Of a stretch of DNA of 64,000 nt, positions 8,675 to 18,124 are shown one piece after another. The DNA is taken from the NCBI GenBank assembly GCA_016873635.1, contig VGWJ01000008.1:6078-70077 (forward strand), read 5' to 3'. Numbering within the stretch: position 1 is the first letter of the stretch; the number at the start of each line of letters is the position of its first letter. Source of the DNA: Lentisphaerota bacterium (GTDB lineage Bacteria > Verrucomicrobiota > Kiritimatiellia > UBA8416 > VGWJ01). The translations under genes were made by a program, and so were the position numbers. The notes below the pieces were generated by a model. The model saw nothing but the letters and a program-made list of their open reading frames with translations. It ran no database searches and was not told the DNA's origin.

Positions 8675-10396
8675 ATGCGGCTTGCGCTACAGTTGCTCTA
8701 TCTCGCGGCCCTGCCCGTCGCCCTGCTGGTCAACCCGTGGCTCCTGGTCCGTCTCTGCTTCCCCGTTCATGACCACGCTTCGCGGGCGGCCGTCTCCGGC
8801 GCGTGCGGCGTGGCGCTGAATGTCGCCGTCGCCGTTGTCCTGCACTGCCTGAAGTGGCCGATAACCGCGCCGGTGCTGGCAGCCGTGCACGGGCTTCTGG
8901 CCCTTGGCCTGGCCGCGGCGTTTCACTTGCGACGCCGTCGGATCACCGCCTGCCCCGCGGCGTCGCCGGCGCACGCCGGGACCGGGACGCGGCTTGCACT
9001 GCTCCTCGTGGCCTTCATCCTCCTCGTCCTGCCTTTCACCCATCTTGCGGGCATCGACACCTACAAGTGGCAGGACCTGGCCACGAACATCCGCGTCGAG
9101 CGCAACATACCGTGGCTGATCCACCCGGTCTCGCTGCTGGGTTTCACCCCGCGCGCCTATCCCGGCGCGCAGCCCATCCTGCTGGCGACCGTCCAGATTC
9201 TGGGCGGGCTGGGTGTGGACGGAGGTTTCTTCGTCCTTTCCGCCTGGTTCGGCGCCATCGGCCTGTTCTCCGCCCTCGTGCTTGGCGGCCGCCTGTTTGA
9301 GCGTCCCGACGCGGCCCTGCGCTTCGCGGCCTTCTACGTCTTCTCGCCGGTGTTCATGCGCTACAACCACTGGGCCACGGGCCGCGGCCTGTTTCTGGCC
9401 CTCTTTCCGCTGTTCCTCGCTTCGGTTGCCGCCTTGCCGCGCGTCCCGGCTGTTTTCGCCGCGCTGGCCGCCGCCGGACTTCTGGCGCTGAGCCACAAGG
9501 TCGGTTTCGTGGCCGCCGCCCTGCTTGCCGCTTCGCTGCCCCTGTCGCTTGCCCTGCCGCGCGGCCGCGCCCGCTGGCCGCTCCGGCTCGCTTTCGCGCT
9601 CGCGGCCGCCGGCGCGATGCTCATCGCCCCCGGCTGGATCATGCCCGGTCCGGCGGGGCGCGCGCTCGGCTGCCTGCGGCTGGCCGCCGCCCGCCTGGGT
9701 TTCCTGGCGCCGCTGGCCGCGCTCGGCCCGCTGATGAGCCCGGATTTTCTCGCGCTTCCGTCCCGCCGCCGCCTGTTTCCCGCCCTTGTGATCGCGTTGC
9801 CCCTGCTCTGCGAGCCGCAGATGTACGGCGCGCTCGTCGCCCTGCCCTTCGCCTGCCTGCTCGCCGCGGAAGGCTACGGCGTCCTGCGGCGCCGAATGCC
9901 TTTCTCCGCCCCCCTCCTGGCCGGCGTCACCGCCGTTCTGGTCGCGGCGGGCGCGCTGAGCGTCGTCGTCAACCGGTCCCTCCACGCCACGCCCCGCGCC
10001 GTCCGGGAGGCGGCGCGGTTCCTGGAGCGGCACGACCCCCAGGGACCCTACCGTGTTGTCGCCGCCGGGCTGAACCGCGCCCGGATCCAGGCCTACGTCT
10101 CCGGCTGCCCCCGCATGGCGCTCCAGGCGGATCCGCGCGGCCGCGTTGCTCTGGCGCCCCTACCCCCCGTGCGCGGCGATCCGCGCGAGGCGCTCAAGGC
10201 CTGGATCGCGGCGCTGCGCCACGCGCTGTCGGTCTCCGATGCCGAGATCGAATGGTACGGCGCCAATCCGCGCACCTACTGGGTAGTCGTCGACGGCAAC
10301 GGTTCCGCGCCGCCCGGCAGCCGACCCCTGTTCGCTTCCGGCGGAGTCGTCGTCTACGGCGACCCGGCCGAAACCGTGCCGCCCCGCCCCCCGTAG
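8675..10396 (+). CDS. polytopic inner-membrane protein (>=10 predicted TM helices + C-terminal soluble domain), GT-C-like glycosyltransferase suspected
   Basis: AGGTGA RBS 5 nt upstream of ATG 8675. The hydrophobic multi-helix N-terminal two-thirds recalls the PMT/ArnT/GT87 architecture. It sits next to LPS genes. Family assignment is unverified. Confidence 0.6.
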   Translation: MRLALQLLYLAALPVALLVNPWLLVRLCFPVHDHASRAAVSGACGVALNVAVAVVLHCLKWPITAPVLAAVHGLLALGLAAAFHLRRRRITACPAASPAHAGTGTRLALLLVAFILLVLPFTHLAGIDTYKWQDLATNIRVERNIPWLIHPVSLLGFTPRAYPGAQPILLATVQILGGLGVDGGFFVLSAWFGAIGLFSALVLGGRLFERPDAALRFAAFYVFSPVFMRYNHWATGRGLFLALFPLFLASVAALPRVPAVFAALAAAGLLALSHKVGFVAAALLAASLPLSLALPRGRARWPLRLAFALAAAGAMLIAPGWIMPGPAGRALGCLRLAAARLGFLAPLAALGPLMSPDFLALPSRRRLFPALVIALPLLCEPQMYGALVALPFACLLAAEGYGVLRRRMPFSAPLLAGVTAVLVAAGALSVVVNRSLHATPRAVREAARFLERHDPQGPYRVVAAGLNRARIQAYVSGCPRMALQADPRGRVALAPLPPVRGDPREALKAWIAALRHALSVSDAEIEWYGANPRTYWVVVDGNGSAPPGSRPLFASGGVVVYGDPAETVPPRPP

Positions 10397-10695
10397 CGCG
10401 CCTTTCAACCGGAGAAGCTCGGTCAACGATAGCGGCGACGATAGCGGTGGACGATGCTACGATCTCCAATCGTTGTCCGTTCTCGTCGCCGTTCTCGTCA
10501 ACCGATCCCACTTGGACGTTGGCCGTTGGATGTTCGATGTTGGACGTTCGAGGCGCGTGGCGCCGAAACTCGGCCGAACCGAGCGGCTTATTTTCGGATT
10601 AGGGACGCCGGGAAGCACGTTGACGCAATGCCGCGCGCGCGATATTTTCATCCGTGGGCGGCAACCTCGTGTTCGAGGCTCACACGGCCACCTTG

Positions 10696-12498
10696 ATGAG
10701 GCGAATATCCTTCAGTTCCGGCGCGGCTTTTATGCTGGCGGCAAACCTGGCATTCCTGGCGGCGCTGGCCGCGGGCGTGCGCGTCTGGACGGTCTGCGTT
10801 TCGGCCGTGTGCCTGGGCGCCGTCTTCCTGGCCCGCACGCTGGCGGACGGACGCTCCGGAACGGACGACCGCGGATCGCGTCTGCCCGACGGTGTTCTGT
10901 GGCTGACGGCGGCCTTCTTCGCGGCCCTCTTCGTGTATCTCCTGCCGCTGCCGCCGGCCCTGTCGCGCCTGACCGGCCACGTCCGTTACGCGCAGAACGC
11001 GCGCGCGGCCGGGGCGCTGCGCGAAGCCGCCGCGCTCGGCGTGGTGGCGCCCCGCATGCTCTGGTTCCGCCTGACGCGCAGCTGCGCCGGGACCCTGAAT
11101 ATCATGGGCATCGCTTCCGCCGCGGCCGCGGCGGCGGCGCTGGCCGCCGCGCTGTCGCGCCGCGCGCGTTCCGCCCTGCTCGCCTTTTCCGTCGCGCTCG
11201 GCACGGCGATCGCCGCGGCCGGTTACGTCGGACGATGGGTCGTCCCGCAGGGGAACACGCTCTGGTGGATCATCCGGGTTCCTTACGAGCTCAAGGGGCC
11301 GGCGGCCTGCTTCGGAAATCCCAATCACTACGGCGGCTACGTGGCCATGCTGGCGCCCCTCGCGCTGGCGCTGGCCGTGCGCGCGCTGACGCGCCGGCAG
11401 TGGTTCCGCGGCGCCGCCTGGCTGGCTTGTTGCGCCGTCATGAGCGCGGCCGTCGTATTCTCGCTGTCGCGCGGCGCGCTGATCGCGCTGGCCGCCGGAC
11501 TGCTGATCACGACGGGCCTGCTGACGGCGCTCCTGAGGCCGTTCGTCGCGCGCGTCTTTCTCCCGGCGGCGGCCGCCCTGTTCGTCGCCGGCCTGGTCCT
11601 GGCGCCCGACGCGCGCGTGCGCGAACGCCTGCTTACGCTGCGCGACCCGGCCGCCACGGAAAGCCTGCGGTTCCGCGCGGCCGCCTGGCGCGACACGCTG
11701 CGCATGTGGCGGGCCTATCCGGTGGCGGGCATAGGCCCGGACGCGTTCCAGCACGTCTATCCGCAGTTCCGCGCCACGTCGTCGCGCGCCGTTACGACCC
11801 ACGCCGAGAACGAGTACGTCCAGGCCCTGGCCGAGACGGGCCTGTTCGGCGCCCTGCTCTTCGCGGCCTTCGCCGTCGCCGCCGGCCGCGGCGCGCGCCG
11901 CGCCTGGCGCGCCGCGCCGCCCCCCGACCGCCCGCTGACGGTCGGCGCGGGCGGGGCGCTGGCCGTGGCCGCCGTGCATGCGGCCGGCGATTTCGCCATG
12001 CACATCCCCCTCTATGCCGTTACGCTGGCTTCGATCCTGGGGTCCGCGTGCGGAATCGAGCCCGGCGGCCGCGCCGCGCCGCCCCCGCGCCGGACATCCC
12101 GCGCCGCGCTCGCGTGCGCCGCGGCCGCGCTGCTGGCGGCGCTCTCGGCCGCGGTCTTCGCGCCCTGGACCGGGCGCCTGGCCCTGCACCCCCGCCTGGC
12201 GGAACAGGATCTGCCCGCCCTGGCCCGGGCCATGACCTGGGCCCCGACCTCGCCGGAGGTATGGTACAATTTCGGGTGGGAAGCCGACCGCGCCGCGCCG
12301 CGCCGCGCAAGGAAGTTCGCCGAAGCGTGCATGACGCAGGCCGCGGCCTATGATCCCAACGACTACCTGCTGTGGAAGGAAATCGGAGACCGCCGTCTCA
12401 AGCTCGGCGATATACCCGGCGCGCGCGCGGCCTTTGCGCGCGTCAAGGCGCTGAGGAGCTGGGTGCGCGTTCCGGACCTGCCCGAGGATCCGCAATGA
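10696..12498 (+). CDS. O-antigen ligase family (Wzy_C/WaaL-like) membrane protein with C-terminal TPR-like soluble tail
   Basis: SLSRGALIALAAG and HAENEYVQALAETGLFG motifs of the O-antigen ligase/Wzy_C family. C-terminal ~150 aa soluble with TPR-like helices. An alternative GTG start is at 10654. Confidence 0.75.
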   Translation: MRRISFSSGAAFMLAANLAFLAALAAGVRVWTVCVSAVCLGAVFLARTLADGRSGTDDRGSRLPDGVLWLTAAFFAALFVYLLPLPPALSRLTGHVRYAQNARAAGALREAAALGVVAPRMLWFRLTRSCAGTLNIMGIASAAAAAAALAAALSRRARSALLAFSVALGTAIAAAGYVGRWVVPQGNTLWWIIRVPYELKGPAACFGNPNHYGGYVAMLAPLALALAVRALTRRQWFRGAAWLACCAVMSAAVVFSLSRGALIALAAGLLITTGLLTALLRPFVARVFLPAAAALFVAGLVLAPDARVRERLLTLRDPAATESLRFRAAAWRDTLRMWRAYPVAGIGPDAFQHVYPQFRATSSRAVTTHAENEYVQALAETGLFGALLFAAFAVAAGRGARRAWRAAPPPDRPLTVGAGGALAVAAVHAAGDFAMHIPLYAVTLASILGSACGIEPGGRAAPPPRRTSRAALACAAAALLAALSAAVFAPWTGRLALHPRLAEQDLPALARAMTWAPTSPEVWYNFGWEADRAAPRRARKFAEACMTQAAAYDPNDYLLWKEIGDRRLKLGDIPGARAAFARVKALRSWVRVPDLPEDPQ

Positions 12499-12836
12499 AC
12501 CAGGCCCTGCTCGGAGCGTCCGTTCCCTTCGCCGTGGCCGCCGTCGTCTACTGCGCGTCCGGATTCCGGGCCAGCCTGCGCATGCTGATCGCGGCGCCGC
12601 TGTGCATGGCGGCCTGCGCGCTGTGGGCGGTGGTTCCGGACCTGCCGCGCCTGCTGGGCATGGAGCGGCTCTATCAGCGCCTGGCGCGCGACCCGCGCAC
12701 GGACATCTTCTTCTGGCACTACACCATCGACGCGGCGGAAACCGACTCCGTGCTCTACCTGGCCGGAGCCGTGGCGCTTGCCCTCGCCATGCTGGCGGCG
12801 GCCTGGCGCGAGGTGCGCAGAAGGGAGGCGGAATAG
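12495..12836 (+). CDS. small membrane protein (113 aa), paralog 1
   Basis: ATG overlaps the ligase stop (ATGA). Two or three hydrophobic helices. LWAVVPDLPRLLG segment shared with the next ORF. Confidence 0.55.
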   Translation: MNQALLGASVPFAVAAVVYCASGFRASLRMLIAAPLCMAACALWAVVPDLPRLLGMERLYQRLARDPRTDIFFWHYTIDAAETDSVLYLAGAVALALAMLAAAWREVRRREAE

Positions 12837-12838
12837 AC

Positions 12839-13195
12839 GTGGCCCACTCGGCCCTTCACTTCGCGCTGGGCATGGCGGTGGCGGGCGCCGCCGCGCTGCC
12901 CGCCCTGGCGCGGGCCTGGCGCGCCGGCGAACGCCTCGCCGGACGCCTGCGCGCCTGGCTGCTTTCGAGCTGCGCGCTGGGCCTCTGGGCCGTCGCGCCC
13001 AACCTCCTGCGCCGGGCGGGCTGCTCCGCGAACCTCTGCCGCGGGCCGTGGATGAACGTTTTTCTCTTTCATCCGCTGCTCGACCGTTTGTACGACGGCG
13101 GCTCCATCGTCGGCCCGTCTCTGCTCGCGCTGCTTTTCGCGGCGCAATACGCCGCGCTCGTCGCCGCCGCGGCCAGGGCCGAACGCCGGGCATAG
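12839..13195 (+). CDS. small membrane protein (118 aa), paralog 2
   Basis: AAGGGAGG RBS 9 nt upstream of GTG 12839. Similar helix pattern and LWAVAPNLLRRAG motif. Confidence 0.5.
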   Translation: MAHSALHFALGMAVAGAAALPALARAWRAGERLAGRLRAWLLSSCALGLWAVAPNLLRRAGCSANLCRGPWMNVFLFHPLLDRLYDGGSIVGPSLLALLFAAQYAALVAAAARAERRA

Positions 13196-13260
13196 TCTCG
13201 CGCGCCGCGAACAGGCGGCGGGGTCGCCGGGAAGGGAGGGCCGGCGGCCGGACGGCGCCC

Positions 13261-14598
13261 TCAGTCGGCCTTCAGCGCTCGCAGCGTGTCCAGGATCAGG
13301 TCCACGCTGCGGCCCACGGCGCCTTCCCCCGCCGCCACCACCTCGCGCGCGCGGCGCCCCAGGTCCGCGCGCCTGCCCGCGTCCGCCAGCAGCAGGCGCG
13401 CGGCCCGGCCAAGCTCCCGCTCGTCGGCGACGCGCACCAGCGCGGCATGCTCTTCGAACAGCCGGGCTTCCACCGGGAAGTTGCCGGTATCGGGGCCGAC
13501 GATGACCGGCTTGCCGAGAGCGGCGGGTTCGACGAAGTTCTGTCCGCCGCGCGCGGTGAGGCTCTTGCCCACGAAGACCACGTCGGCGCAGGCATAGAAC
13601 GCGCCCAGTTCGCCGGTCGTGTCCACCAGCAGCACGTCGGGATCCCCGCCCGCGCCGGCGCCGTCCGCGTCCAGCGCGGTCTTGCGCAGCCATTTCCAGC
13701 CGCTTTCGGCGATCGCCTTCTCCACGGCCGGCCGGCGCTCCGCGTGCCGCGGAACAAGCACGAGCCGCAGACCGGGGAAATCCGGACGCAGCGCGCGGAC
13801 GGCCGAGAGGAGGGCCTTCTCCTCGCCCGGCCACGTTGAGCCGCCCAGCAGCACCAGCCGCCCCGTTCCAGGCCACAGCCGCTCCAGCAGCGCCCGCGCC
13901 GCCTCCACCCGCGCACGATCGGGCGGCGCCGCCGCCAGCTTCGCCGATCCCATCACGCGCAACCGGTCTCGCGGCGCACCCGCCGCCGCGAGCGCGGCGC
14001 GGTCCGCGTCCCCCTGCACCAGCAACAGCGACATCATGCGCAGGACGGGCCCGAAGAACGCGCGCAACGTCCGGTAACCGCGCGCCGAAGCGGCCGAAAC
14101 GCGGCCGTTGATCAGGATCACCGGGATGCCGCGCGCCGAAGCGGCGCGCACGAGATTGGGCCACAGCTCGCACTCCGTCAGCAACAGCGCCGGCGGGCGC
14201 ACCGCGTCGAGCACGCGGGCGCAGACGGGCGGGAAATCGACGGGGAAATACAGAAGGACGTCTTCGCGCGTGAGCTTGCCCGCGGCGACGGCATGGCCCG
14301 TTGAAGTGGTCGTGGTCACGACAAACGCCGCAGCCGGGCAGCGTTCGCGCCAGGCCTGCATGAAACGCGCGGCGACGTTCACCTCCCCCACGCTCACGGC
14401 GTGAACCCAGATCCGCGGCCGCCCGGCCAGCCGCGCGCGGACCTCCGGCCCATACAGGCCCAGCCGGTCGAGGAAGTTCCTCCGATACCCGCCCCGCCGC
14501 CACATGCGGAACGCGAACCGGGGCAGCATCAGCAGGAACCCCGCCGCGAACAGCAGGTTATAGACGAACCACCTCACCCTCCGCCCTCCACCTTCCAC
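13261..14598 (-). CDS. waaA: 3-deoxy-D-manno-octulosonic acid (Kdo) transferase
   Basis: N-terminal TM. WVHAVSVGE motif (E. coli WLHSVSVGE). C-terminal glycosyltransferase domain. Confidence 0.85.
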   Translation of the reverse strand: MEGGGRRVRWFVYNLLFAAGFLLMLPRFAFRMWRRGGYRRNFLDRLGLYGPEVRARLAGRPRIWVHAVSVGEVNVAARFMQAWRERCPAAAFVVTTTTSTGHAVAAGKLTREDVLLYFPVDFPPVCARVLDAVRPPALLLTECELWPNLVRAASARGIPVILINGRVSAASARGYRTLRAFFGPVLRMMSLLLVQGDADRAALAAAGAPRDRLRVMGSAKLAAAPPDRARVEAARALLERLWPGTGRLVLLGGSTWPGEEKALLSAVRALRPDFPGLRLVLVPRHAERRPAVEKAIAESGWKWLRKTALDADGAGAGGDPDVLLVDTTGELGAFYACADVVFVGKSLTARGGQNFVEPAALGKPVIVGPDTGNFPVEARLFEEHAALVRVADERELGRAARLLLADAGRRADLGRRAREVVAAGEGAVGRSVDLILDTLRALKAD

Positions 14599-14603
14599 CC
14601 TCC

Positions 14604-15599
14604 CTAGGCCCGCGGGTGCGCTTCCTCGTACACCCGCTTCAGGCGCTCCACCGTGACGTGCGTGTAGATCTGCGTGGTCGACAGGCTGGCATGCCCCAGC
14701 AGCTCCTGCACGCTGCGCAGGTCCGCCCCCGCATCGAGCATGTGCGTGGCGAAGGAATGGCGCAACGCATGTGGCGACAGACCCGCATCGAGCCCCGCCT
14801 CCGCAAGGTACGCCTTCATGCCGCGCTCGAACGAACGCGCCGTGATCGCGCCGCCGCGCAGGTTCCTGAAGACCGGACGCGCCTCACGGCGGCCACCGCC
14901 GGCGGGCCAGATTTCATCGGCCTTCCTGAGAACCTCGCGCAGCGCGCGGAAGGCCGGCGCGCCCAGGGGACAGATGCGCTCCTTCTTGCCTTTGCCGCGC
15001 ACTTTGACCACGCTCGCCAGCAGGTCCACGTCGCCTTCCCGCAGGGCCGCGATCTCGGCCACGCGCGCGCCCGTGCTGTAGAGCGTCTCCAGGATCGCCC
15101 GGTCCCGCAGCAGCGCGTACTCGCGCCCGGTTTCCGGAGGACGATCCCCGCGCGCCGCTTCGCGGCGCGCGATGCGCTCCGGCGCCTCGATCAGTCGCAC
15201 GGCTTCCTCCTTCGTCAGGATCCCGGGCAGGCGGCGCGGCCGGCGCGGCGCGCGCAGGCCCGCGAAAGGATTCTGCTCCACGTAGTCCTCGCGCTCAAGA
15301 AAGCGGTAGAACGAGCGCAGGCTCGCCAGCTTGCGGCCCGTGGTGGACGGCTCCATCCCGGCCTTCTGGAACTCGACGAGAAAACGCCGCGCCGCGAAGC
15401 GGTCCGCGCCCGCCCAGGCGAAGGGCGGCCGCGCCGCGTCGCCCCACGTGAACGCCGCAAACTGCGCGATATCCAGCGCGTAGGCCTCCAGCGTGTGGCG
15501 CGAGGCGTTGCGCTCGTGCGTCAGGTAGCGCACGAAATGCGCCACGGCGGGATCGGCGCCGGCGCGTCCTTCACGTTTCCGCGTGTGATTCTCTGCCAC
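14604..15599 (-). CDS. xerC: tyrosine site-specific recombinase XerC
   Basis: N-terminus VAHFVRYLTHERNASRHTLEAYALDI matches XerC ([22 protein letters not shown]). C-terminal R..HxxR..Y catalytic motifs (HALRHSFATHML, LGHASLSTTQIYTH). Confidence 0.8.
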   Translation of the reverse strand: MAENHTRKREGRAGADPAVAHFVRYLTHERNASRHTLEAYALDIAQFAAFTWGDAARPPFAWAGADRFAARRFLVEFQKAGMEPSTTGRKLASLRSFYRFLEREDYVEQNPFAGLRAPRRPRRLPGILTKEEAVRLIEAPERIARREAARGDRPPETGREYALLRDRAILETLYSTGARVAEIAALREGDVDLLASVVKVRGKGKKERICPLGAPAFRALREVLRKADEIWPAGGGRREARPVFRNLRGGAITARSFERGMKAYLAEAGLDAGLSPHALRHSFATHMLDAGADLRSVQELLGHASLSTTQIYTHVTVERLKRVYEEAHPRA

Positions 15600-18093
15600 G
15601 GCTGCGCTCGATGTCGTATTGCCCGGCGATTTCCGCGTAGCCCGGAACCTGGTCGCGGTAGCGCCGCACCATGCGCTTCAGGGCGGCGCGCTGCTTGACG
15701 GAAAGAAACCGCCGCTCGCCGAATTGCCGCCGCAACGACTCGAAAAAGTCCCGGTCGTCGAACACCCGCTTGCCGCGCCGCAAGGGCTCCTTCCAGTGCC
15801 GCACGTGCGCCATCGCCTCGAGCAGCGGCCCGCTTTCCGTGTCATCCCCGGCGTAATCGGCGATTTCCAGCGATCCCCGCATCTCATCGAAGCCGTCGAT
15901 CTTGTCGGCATGCCGCAGCACCACGTTGTTGAGCGCCCTGATCTGCCGCTCGGTGAGCGCGCGCTTGCCGTCCACGCGCGACCGCAGGGAGTTCACGAAG
16001 GACGTCGCGCGCTCGTCCAGGGGCAGGTTCCGCAGCAGGTCGAGCTTGCGCACGGTGCTTTCCAGCGGACCGGTCTCCGCCTCCGCCTCCGCCTTGAGTT
16101 TTGCGTCGTATCCGCTGTCGACGATAACGCGGTCCACCTCCGGCGCGGACTGCCGGTAGCGCGCCGCGACCCGCATCAGGAAGGCCAGTTGGCGGTGCGT
16201 GATGCCCTTGCCCTGCTCGATGGCCCGGGCGCGGATGGACTTCACGAAACGCTCGTCGCTGAACACCCGCCCGCCGGTCTCCACTTCCGGCGCCCAGTCG
16301 GTGACGCCCTGCAGGGCTCCGAGCAGGCGCTCCACAAGGGCGCCGTCGGCCGAGGGCTCCTTGAGGCTATTCATCCATTCCGCGAACTGCCCGTAGAACC
16401 GCGCCAGCATTCCGGTCCATTCGACGGAGCCGTTTTCCACCTCGTCGAGGGACTTTTCCATCTCCGCGGTGAAGCCCACGTCGAACAGCGTCGGCAGGAC
16501 GGATACGAGCAGGTCGTTCACCTGGAAACCCAGGTCGGTCGGCGAGAGCGTGCGCTTCTCGCGCGCCACGTAGCGCCGCTGCTGCAGCGTGCCGATGATC
16601 TGGGCATACGTGCTGGGGCGGCCCACGCCGTTGCTCTCCAGCGCCCGCACCAGCGACGCTTCGCTGTAGCGCGGCGGCGGCTGCGTCTCCTTGCGCTCGG
16701 CCAGCCACTCCAGGCACTCCAGCGGTTCGCCTTCCGCGAGCGCGGGCAGCTTCTCGACGTCGTCGCCGTCCTCGGCCTGCCGCTCCGTCTGCTCCGGCCT
16801 TTCGTGCAGAACCTTCATGTAGCCCGGGAATTCGACTTCGGATGCGGTCGCCTGGAATTCGTAGTGCGTGCCCCGCCCTTCGGGCGGCGGCGCTTCCACC
16901 ACCGCCGTGCGCTGCCGGATGCGCGCCGCGGCCATCTGGCTGGCCACGAAGCGCTGCCAGACCAGGCGGTAGAGCTTGAGTTCCTCGGGCTTGAGGCGGT
17001 CGGCCAGGCTTTCCGGCGTGCGCGCGGGGTCCGTCGGCCGGATGGCCTCGTGGGCCTCCTGCGCGCCGGCGCGGCTCTTGAAAAAACGGGGCTCGGCCGG
17101 GCAGTATTCGGGCCCGAAGCGCGCGGCGATAAGCTCCCGGCAGGCGGCCACCGCCTCCCGCGCCAGGTTGAAGGAGTCCGTGCGCATGTAGGTGATCAGG
17201 CCCACGGGGCCGTCGCCGAGGTCGATGCCCTCGTAGAGCTTCTGGGCGATGCTCATCGTGCGCCGCGGCGAGAAACCGCAGAAGCTCGAGCCGGCCTGCT
17301 GCAGCGTGCTGGTGATGTACGGCGGCGGCGCGCTCTTGTTCACCTGCCGCGCCTGCACCGCCGACACGCGCAGGGCGCGGCCTTCCAGGTCCTTGCGCAC
17401 CGCTTCGGCGCGTTCGCCGTTCCCGATCTCGATCTTCTTGCCGTCGGCCCTCACCAGGCGGATGCGGAAGGGGTCCGGAGGGGGCGACAGCTTCCGCACC
17501 AGGGCGCCCAGCAGCCAGTACTCCTCGGACTTGAAGTCCCTGATCTCCCGCTCCCGCTCGCACACCAGCCGCAAGGCCACGGACTGCACGCGTCCCGCGC
17601 TCAGCCCGCGCTTGATGCGCCGCCACAGAACGGGGCTCACCTTGTAGCCCACGATGCGGTCGAGAATGCGCCGCGCCTGCTGGGCGTTGACCCGCGCGAT
17701 GTCGATCTTGCCCGGGTGCTCGAACGCCCCGCGCACGGCCCGCGGCGTGATCTCGTTGTACTGCACCCTCTGGAAGCGCGCGTCTTTTTCGCCCCGGCCC
17801 AGCACGTGCGTCAGGTGCCAGGCGATCGCCTCGCCCTCGCGGTCCGGATCCGGCGCCAGGTAAATGGTGTCCGCGTTCTTCGCCGCCGCCTTCAGCTCGG
17901 CCACGACCTTGGCGCGCCCCGGCACCAGCGCGTAGCGCGGCCGGAAATTGTTCTCGATGTCGACGCCCAGCCGGTTGACGGGCAGGTCCCGGATGTGCCC
18001 CATGGACGACCGCACCGTGTATCCCTTCCCCAATATCTTCCCGATGGTCTTCGCCTTGGCCGGCGATTCCACCACCACCAGCTTGGTGCCCAT
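15571..18093 (-). CDS. topA: DNA topoisomerase I
   Basis: MGTKLVVVESPAKAKTIGKILGKGYTVRSSMGHIRDLP (TOPRIM). Topo IA core throughout. 840 aa. Confidence 0.9.
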   Translation of the reverse strand: MGTKLVVVESPAKAKTIGKILGKGYTVRSSMGHIRDLPVNRLGVDIENNFRPRYALVPGRAKVVAELKAAAKNADTIYLAPDPDREGEAIAWHLTHVLGRGEKDARFQRVQYNEITPRAVRGAFEHPGKIDIARVNAQQARRILDRIVGYKVSPVLWRRIKRGLSAGRVQSVALRLVCEREREIRDFKSEEYWLLGALVRKLSPPPDPFRIRLVRADGKKIEIGNGERAEAVRKDLEGRALRVSAVQARQVNKSAPPPYITSTLQQAGSSFCGFSPRRTMSIAQKLYEGIDLGDGPVGLITYMRTDSFNLAREAVAACRELIAARFGPEYCPAEPRFFKSRAGAQEAHEAIRPTDPARTPESLADRLKPEELKLYRLVWQRFVASQMAAARIRQRTAVVEAPPPEGRGTHYEFQATASEVEFPGYMKVLHERPEQTERQAEDGDDVEKLPALAEGEPLECLEWLAERKETQPPPRYSEASLVRALESNGVGRPSTYAQIIGTLQQRRYVAREKRTLSPTDLGFQVNDLLVSVLPTLFDVGFTAEMEKSLDEVENGSVEWTGMLARFYGQFAEWMNSLKEPSADGALVERLLGALQGVTDWAPEVETGGRVFSDERFVKSIRARAIEQGKGITHRQLAFLMRVAARYRQSAPEVDRVIVDSGYDAKLKAEAEAETGPLESTVRKLDLLRNLPLDERATSFVNSLRSRVDGKRALTERQIRALNNVVLRHADKIDGFDEMRGSLEIADYAGDDTESGPLLEAMAHVRHWKEPLRRGKRVFDDRDFFESLRRQFGERRFLSVKQRAALKRMVRRYRDQVPGYAEIAGQYDIERSRGRESHAET

Positions 18094-18124
18094 CTCTCCC
18101 TCCCCTTCTCCTCCGCTTCTCTCT

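Noticed and set aside
13261-14598. Numerous Arg-rich ORFs overlapping waaA on both strands (e.g. 12755..14503, 12778..13839)
   Set aside because: No motifs. The KdtA signature (WVHAVSVGE) identifies the real frame.
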